From contig CAVWNC010000004.1 of the NCBI GenBank assembly GCA_963756455.1, positions 958,397 through 1,022,396 of the forward strand: a DNA stretch of 64,000 bases, written 5' to 3'. Shown piece after piece: positions 60,001 to 64,000 of the stretch. How positions within the stretch are numbered: the first letter of the stretch is position 1; every line of letters starts with the position of its first letter. The DNA comes from an uncultured Acidobacteriota bacterium. GTDB taxonomy: Bacteria > Acidobacteriota > Thermoanaerobaculia > Multivoradales > UBA5704. The translations under genes were made by a program, and so were the position numbers. Below the pieces are notes generated by a model, which saw only the letters and a list, made by a program, of their open reading frames with translations, did no database searches and had not been told where the DNA came from.

Positions 60001-63000
60001 AGAAGCCAGCTCCCCGGCCGTGAGCTCCCCGCCCGCGACCGACGCCCAGCCCAGAAGGTCGAGGGCACGCCAGGCGTACTCCTGGGCCAGGCGTTCGAGC
60101 CCGTCGGCGAGCGCCCGGGTGCGCGGGCCGACGCCCTCTTCTTCGGCCAAGGCCTCGGCCGTGGCCAGGAGGGTGGTCGCCAGGTCGCCCGGCGCGGGCC
60201 AGAAGTCGGCCGGCGCGTCCCGTTCTTCGAGATCCCGCCAGACCACCTCGTACATCCATTCGGCGAGAGCGTCGGGCCGCGCCGCGAGGAGGGTCCGGCG
60301 GCTGGCGCGCCGCGCCACGTAGCCGTCGATCCGCCCGCGGAGCCGGCCGTCCTCGCCCAGGAGCCGGAGGTCGGCGGTCAGGGTCTCGGCCTCCCTTCCG
60401 CCCTCCCGCAGCCGGACATGGCAGTAGAAGAGGGCCGGCACCGGCCCGTCGATCTCGATCTCCTGCCAGGCGAACGGCACGTAGGCCCCGGGCTCCCGCA
60501 ACCCAGAGCCGGCAGGCCCGGCGAGCTGAAGACAGGCATCGAGCACCGCGGGATGGATGGGGAAGTCCCCGCGTTCGAGCCCCGGGGGGACGCGGATCTC
60601 CCCCAGCGCCTCGCCCGGCCCCCGCCAGAGCCGGCCCACCCCCTGGAATCGCGGTCCCAGCTCGATGCCCGCGGCGGCGAAGACCGCGTAATCCATCGGC
60701 TCCTCGGACAGCCGGCCGCGAAGCTCGGCGAGGGTCGAGCCGCCGGGATCCGGTGACGCCTGCGGCGCGAGCGCCTCGCGGCGCCCCTCGATGTGGAGCA
60801 TCCAGGCACCGCCCGAGCCATCCAGGGGCCGACTGAAGATCTGGAACGCCCCCCCACCCTCCGCCTCCGGCTTGAGCACCAGCTGGAGCTCCCGCGCCGA
60901 CTCCGGATCGTCGAGTTGGAGCGCGCGCTGGATCAGGCCCTGCGACAGCCGGCACGGGCCGTGGACCGACGCCAGGACCATCGCCAGATGGCTCGCCGCC
61001 GGCACCACAACTGTGCCGAACACCCGGTGGTCGGAGAGCCAGGGCTGCCGGCGGCAGCTCACCTCCTGCGTATAGACCTCCTCCCCCGAGGCCAGATCCT
61101 GCCGCGTCCCCAGGAGCGGATGGGACGGCCCGCTCCCCACCGGCCGGCCCGGACGCCCAGGCTCCAGCCAGTAACGCTGGCGCTGGAAGGGATAGGTCGG
61201 CAGCCGCTCCCGGCGCCGTGGCCAAGGGTGGTCCCACGCCGCGAAGTCGAGAGTCCGGCCGTGGACGTGGAGGATCGCCGCCGCCGCTGCAAGCTGACCG
61301 TCTTCTTCAGCATCGCGGCAAAGCGAAGCCGCGAGGATCGGCGCCGGAACCGCCTCCGGCCAGCTCGCGGCCACCCTCATAGAAAGCACCGGATGGGGTC
61401 CCACCTCCAGGAGCAGCCCGACTCCCAGACGCGCCAAAGTCTCGACGCCCGAGCCCAGCGCCTCCCCCGTCTGGCTCCACACCGACATCCGTTCGACCTC
61501 AGGCCTCCCCGCCACTCCCGCCAATACCCCTTCCTCGAACGGCGTCACCCCCGCCACCACCGCCGCTGTGATCTCCCCCACTCCCTGCCCCGCTACCACT
61601 TCCGGTTCCTGCCCGAACGACCGCCAGAGCGCCGCCAACCCCAGCTCCACCGCCAGGAGCGCTGGACCCGCGGACCGCGCTTCGTCATCGAGGAGAGATT
61701 CCACGCCCAGCAGGCGGCTGCAACGCTCCACCACCTCGCGGAAGACCGGCTGGCTTGAGTAGAGCTCCCGGCCCATCCCCACGTACCCGCTTCCTTCACC
61801 CGGAAACAGCCAGGCCACCTTCGGCTGGGAACGGGAGCTCCCCCGGAACAGGCCTACCGCCGATTCCCCTCGCTCCAGGCAGCCCAGGAGCTCAACGGCC
61901 TCCAACGCCGTGCTCGCCACCAAACCCGCCCGCTCCTCCAGGTGGTTGCGCCCCACGCCCGCCGTATACGCCACGTCCCCCAGATCCGCCTCCGGATGGC
62001 TCAAAAGCCACGAACGATATCTCCCAGCGAGCGCCAACAACGCCTCCGGCTGGCGAGCTGACAGGACCAGGAGGTGAGCCCCCCGCGCCCCGCCCGCGCT
62101 CTCCCAACGGCGGGACGGCGGAGCCTCCTCCACGACCACGTGCGCGTTTGTGCCGCTGAACGCGAACGAGCTCACCCCGGCGACCTTCCGCCCCGCTGGC
62201 CACGGCGTCGCCTCGGACGACACCCGCACCGAGATCTCCTCCCAAGCCATCCGCGGCGACGGCTGACGGAAGTGCAGGTGCGCGGGAATGAGATCCCCCT
62301 CCATCGACAGCACCACTTTGATCAAGCCCGCGATCCCCGCTGCCGTCTCCAGGTGACCCATGTTCGTCTTGACCGAGCCCACGAGGAGCGGCGACCGCCG
62401 CGCCCGACCCGCCCCGAACACCGCCTCCAGGGATCGGATCTCGATCGGATCACCGAGTGCCGTCCCCGTCCCGTGCGCCTCCACATACGAAACCGCCTCC
62501 GGCTCCACCCCGCCCTGCGCCAAAGCCTCCCGGATCACCCGCTCCTGCGACGGACCGTTCGGCACCGTCAAGCCGCTGCTCCGACCGTCCTGGTTGACCG
62601 CCGAGCCGCGGATCAAACCCCAGATCCGGTCCCCGTCCCGCTCGGCGTCGCTCTGACGCTTGAGCACCACGATCCCGCAACCCTCCCCCCGCACGTAGCC
62701 GTCCGCCGCGGCGTCGAACGCCTTGCACCGGCCGTCCGGCGCCATCATCCGCGCTTTTGAGAAGTACACCGTCAGGTCCGGGCTGAGGATCGCGTTGACG
62801 CCACCGGCGAGCGCCACCTCGCAGTCCCCCGAAAGCAGCGCCCGGCAAGCCTGGTTGAGCGCCACCAGAGACGCGCTGCAAGCCGTGTCCACCGCCATGC
62901 ACGGACCCTGGAGGCCGTAGACGAAGCTCAGCCGACCCACCGCCGCGCTCAGCGCGTTGCCCGTCCCCAGGTACTGATCGATCGCCTCGACTCCCTGGGA

Positions 63001-64000
63001 GGAGATGAGACGTCCGTAGTCGGTCGTCGCCATCCCCATGTAGACGCCGGTCCGGGTGCCGAACAGGCGTTGCGGCGGGATGCCGGCGTTTTCGAGCGCT
63101 TCCCAGGTCACCTCCAGGAGCAGCCGCTGCTGCGGGTCGAGGGTCACCGCTTCGCGCGGAGAGATGCTGAAGAACTGCGGGTCGAAGCGGTCGATCCCCT
63201 CCAGGAAGCCGCCGAACCGCGTCGTCATCTTCCCCGGCGCCTCGGGGTCCGGATCGTAGAACGACTCGATGTCCCAGCGCTCCGCCGGCACCTCGCGGAT
63301 CGCGTCCACCCCGTCGCGCAGCAGCCGCCAGTAGCTCTCCACGTCCGGAGCGCCCGGCAGCCGGCAACCCAGACCCACGATCGCCACCGGCTCGTCCAGA
63401 GAGCCCCGGCGCGGCTCACGCGCCAGGGCAGGCTTCGCCGCGAGCCCCAGCAGACGCTCGCTCAAGTGCCCCGCGAGGCTCGTCACCGTCGGATAGTCGA
63501 ACGCCACCGTCGACGCCAGCCGGTACGACGTCCCGAGCTGCGCTTGCAGGCGGTTGACCAGCTCGACCGACAGCATTGAGTCCATCCCCAGGTTGAAGAA
63601 ACCCTCTTCCGGGTCCGGCGGCCCGGGAAGCGCCAGCACCGCCTGCACCTCGCGCTTCAGGTGCTCGGCCATCGCGCCCCGCCGGCCCTCCGGCGAGAGC
63701 GCCGTGAGACGCGCCAGGAGATCCGAGCCGCCCGCTCCCGGCGCACACAGCTCCTGGAGAAGCGACGGAGGCACCGACGACTGATCCCCGTACCGGCGCC
63801 AGTCCGCGCGCAGCACCGCCCCCTGGGCCACCCCGCCGACCACCAGACGTTCGAGCGCGGCGTGCGCCTCCTCCGTCTCCAAGAGGCCCAACCCGCGCGA
63901 CCGCAGGCGCGTCTCCAGGGAACGCTCCGACACCATCCCTCCCGCCGACCACGGCCCCCAGTTGACGCTCGTCGCGGCGAGCCCCTGCCGGCGACGCTCC
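57088..64000 (-). CDS. Type I PKS 'PKS-A', partial (5' end beyond right edge). Visible: ...KR C-terminus, ACP, KS, AT-like(Ser->Gly), DH, cMT, KR(Tyr->His), ACP, C-terminal docking
   Basis: There is no in-frame stop between 63937 and 64000 (minus strand reads ...ATSVNWGPWSAGGM, a KR C-terminal motif), so the gene continues off-window. ACP: FFNLGMDSMLSVEL. KS: EPVAIVGLGCRLPG, DTACSASLVAL, EAHGTGTALGDPIE, KTNMGHLETAAG. AT-like: FPGEGSGYVGMG and GQGVGEI. DH: HRVFGTVVVPAASHLAM. cMT: LEVGAGTGATT. KR: GTFLLTGGLGGLG and GQANHAAAN (cac at 57907-57909, minus strand). ACP: LGMDSLMVVEL. The docking helix DELSADQLSDLLSRQLAAIL ends at TGA 57088-57090. Confidence 0.85.
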   Translation of the reverse strand, partial: ERRRQGLAATSVNWGPWSAGGMVSERSLETRLRSRGLGLLETEEAHAALERLVVGGVAQGAVLRADWRRYGDQSSVPPSLLQELCAPGAGGSDLLARLTALSPEGRRGAMAEHLKREVQAVLALPGPPDPEEGFFNLGMDSMLSVELVNRLQAQLGTSYRLASTVAFDYPTVTSLAGHLSERLLGLAAKPALAREPRRGSLDEPVAIVGLGCRLPGAPDVESYWRLLRDGVDAIREVPAERWDIESFYDPDPEAPGKMTTRFGGFLEGIDRFDPQFFSISPREAVTLDPQQRLLLEVTWEALENAGIPPQRLFGTRTGVYMGMATTDYGRLISSQGVEAIDQYLGTGNALSAAVGRLSFVYGLQGPCMAVDTACSASLVALNQACRALLSGDCEVALAGGVNAILSPDLTVYFSKARMMAPDGRCKAFDAAADGYVRGEGCGIVVLKRQSDAERDGDRIWGLIRGSAVNQDGRSSGLTVPNGPSQERVIREALAQGGVEPEAVSYVEAHGTGTALGDPIEIRSLEAVFGAGRARRSPLLVGSVKTNMGHLETAAGIAGLIKVVLSMEGDLIPAHLHFRQPSPRMAWEEISVRVSSEATPWPAGRKVAGVSSFAFSGTNAHVVVEEAPPSRRWESAGGARGAHLLVLSARQPEALLALAGRYRSWLLSHPEADLGDVAYTAGVGRNHLEERAGLVASTALEAVELLGCLERGESAVGLFRGSSRSQPKVAWLFPGEGSGYVGMGRELYSSQPVFREVVERCSRLLGVESLLDDEARSAGPALLAVELGLAALWRSFGQEPEVVAGQGVGEITAAVVAGVTPFEEGVLAGVAGRPEVERMSVWSQTGEALGSGVETLARLGVGLLLEVGPHPVLSMRVAASWPEAVPAPILAASLCRDAEEDGQLAAAAAILHVHGRTLDFAAWDHPWPRRRERLPTYPFQRQRYWLEPGRPGRPVGSGPSHPLLGTRQDLASGEEVYTQEVSCRRQPWLSDHRVFGTVVVPAASHLAMVLASVHGPCRLSQGLIQRALQLDDPESARELQLVLKPEAEGGGAFQIFSRPLDGSGGAWMLHIEGRREALAPQASPDPGGSTLAELRGRLSEEPMDYAVFAAAGIELGPRFQGVGRLWRGPGEALGEIRVPPGLERGDFPIHPAVLDACLQLAGPAGSGLREPGAYVPFAWQEIEIDGPVPALFYCHVRLREGGREAETLTADLRLLGEDGRLRGRIDGYVARRASRRTLLAARPDALAEWMYEVVWRDLEERDAPADFWPAPGDLATTLLATAEALAEEEGVGPRTRALADGLERLAQEYAWRALDLLGWASVAGGELTAGELASRLGIAPAHRKLLGRLLAILGEAGWLAPAAARADGWKVARAPEPVDPERRRAELAASYPEARVELALLGRCGADLASVLTGRSDPLALLFPPDGPGVEDLYREAAGPRLFNRLAGETVTAALRDLPAGRRLRVLEVGAGTGATTAAILPLLPAGRVDYLYTDVSAGFFDAARQRFAGYGFVRYRTFDLERPPSEQGETGPFDLVLAANVLHATRDLGAALEHVRRLLAPGGLLLLVEGLRPQGWLDLTFGLLEGWWRFADGLRTDYPLLSAAGWSRAFEASGYWEPVAIAPAGVDSQAILVARAAPEWRPPAEPAGSWLIAADRTSVGAALAERLARRGQRCILVEPLVEPGKGYARTGEDRYRLPGEDARDWERLLAEAFAGAPPLRGVVHLWSLDAAPTAETLTESADTLSSDVRHGCGSLLALAVALARRDALAQGGLWVVTRGAQVTAKEACDSLAQAPIWGLAKVLALEHPELACRRVDFEAVGLGDPAEDSSGALDALTAELLRPEGEDQLARRGGRWRVPRLVRCELGEPAPPAFSPEGTFLLTGGLGGLGLAVARWLASQGARHLLLAGRRPPGPKAEAALDDLRRLGANTAGTIDIEVITGDVSQESDVRRWLERATRDSRPLAGVFHLAGVLRDGALLNQTWQRFEEVLAAKVQGAWHLHRLTAGRPLDHFVLFSSTAALLGNRGQANHAAANTFLDLLARHRRASGLPALSINWGAWSGIGAAVRAESRVSDLGLDWIAPEQGLLALGRALASGRSQVGVLPIDWRRFADRLGGRGVPPFLAEVLTAPSASPGTPARSGLRRRLERAPEEARLSLLMEYLGQEVMRVLGLPSPVAPDAGLFDLGMDSLMVVELRNRINQELRLGSALSPTALFDHPSVRALAAHLVERLDDRPSTPELAAPEAPDGIPAARFAAPSVPEAVPQASAASESDGLDELSADQLSDLLSRQLAAILSPDDLQP

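Overview
High-GC (about 70%) window, probably from an Acidobacteriota-like bacterium. The phylum guess rests on two tandem 'duplicated orphan permease' (ADOP/FtsX-type) genes. Natural-product biosynthesis dominates the window. 1-22478 (minus strand) is one giant NRPS ORF that runs off the left edge. It has at least 7 modules, starts with an N-terminal condensation (C) domain with no preceding module (lipopeptide-style initiation), and carries one epimerase domain. Nearly every long plus-strand ORF over this span is an antisense shadow of it. Divergent from the NRPS start are two ADOP permeases, then a convergent secreted alpha/beta hydrolase. 29000-34080 is a lower-GC mobile-element remnant. 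It holds two ~930-bp direct repeats carrying paralogous replication-initiator-like (RepA/RPA-like) genes, one of them frameshifted. The repeats flank an abiEi-abiEii toxin-antitoxin pair whose toxin looks degraded. A tRNA-like 3' fragment (T-arm, acceptor and CCA) lies at the right edge of the island. 34800-38400 holds a compact class II lanthipeptide locus. The LanM synthetase stop overlaps the start of a downstream precursor gene (ATGA), and no LanT transporter, protease or immunity gene is nearby. A short block of unknown membrane and secreted proteins follows, then two translationally coupled ABC1/UbiB-type kinases and a WS/DGAT acyltransferase. 46281-64000 (minus strand) is a PKS operon in which PKS-A (partial), PKS-B and a luciferase-like oxidoreductase are each joined by ATGA overlaps. 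The PKS shows three unusual features. Two acyltransferase (AT)-like domains have lost the active-site Ser. One ketoreductase (KR) has a Tyr->His change in its catalytic motif although it sits next to an apparently intact dehydratase (DH). PKS-B ends in an esterase-type alpha/beta-hydrolase domain plus a 146-aa tail of unknown function instead of a canonical thioesterase. All calls come from reading motifs in the six-frame translations. No database searches were run.
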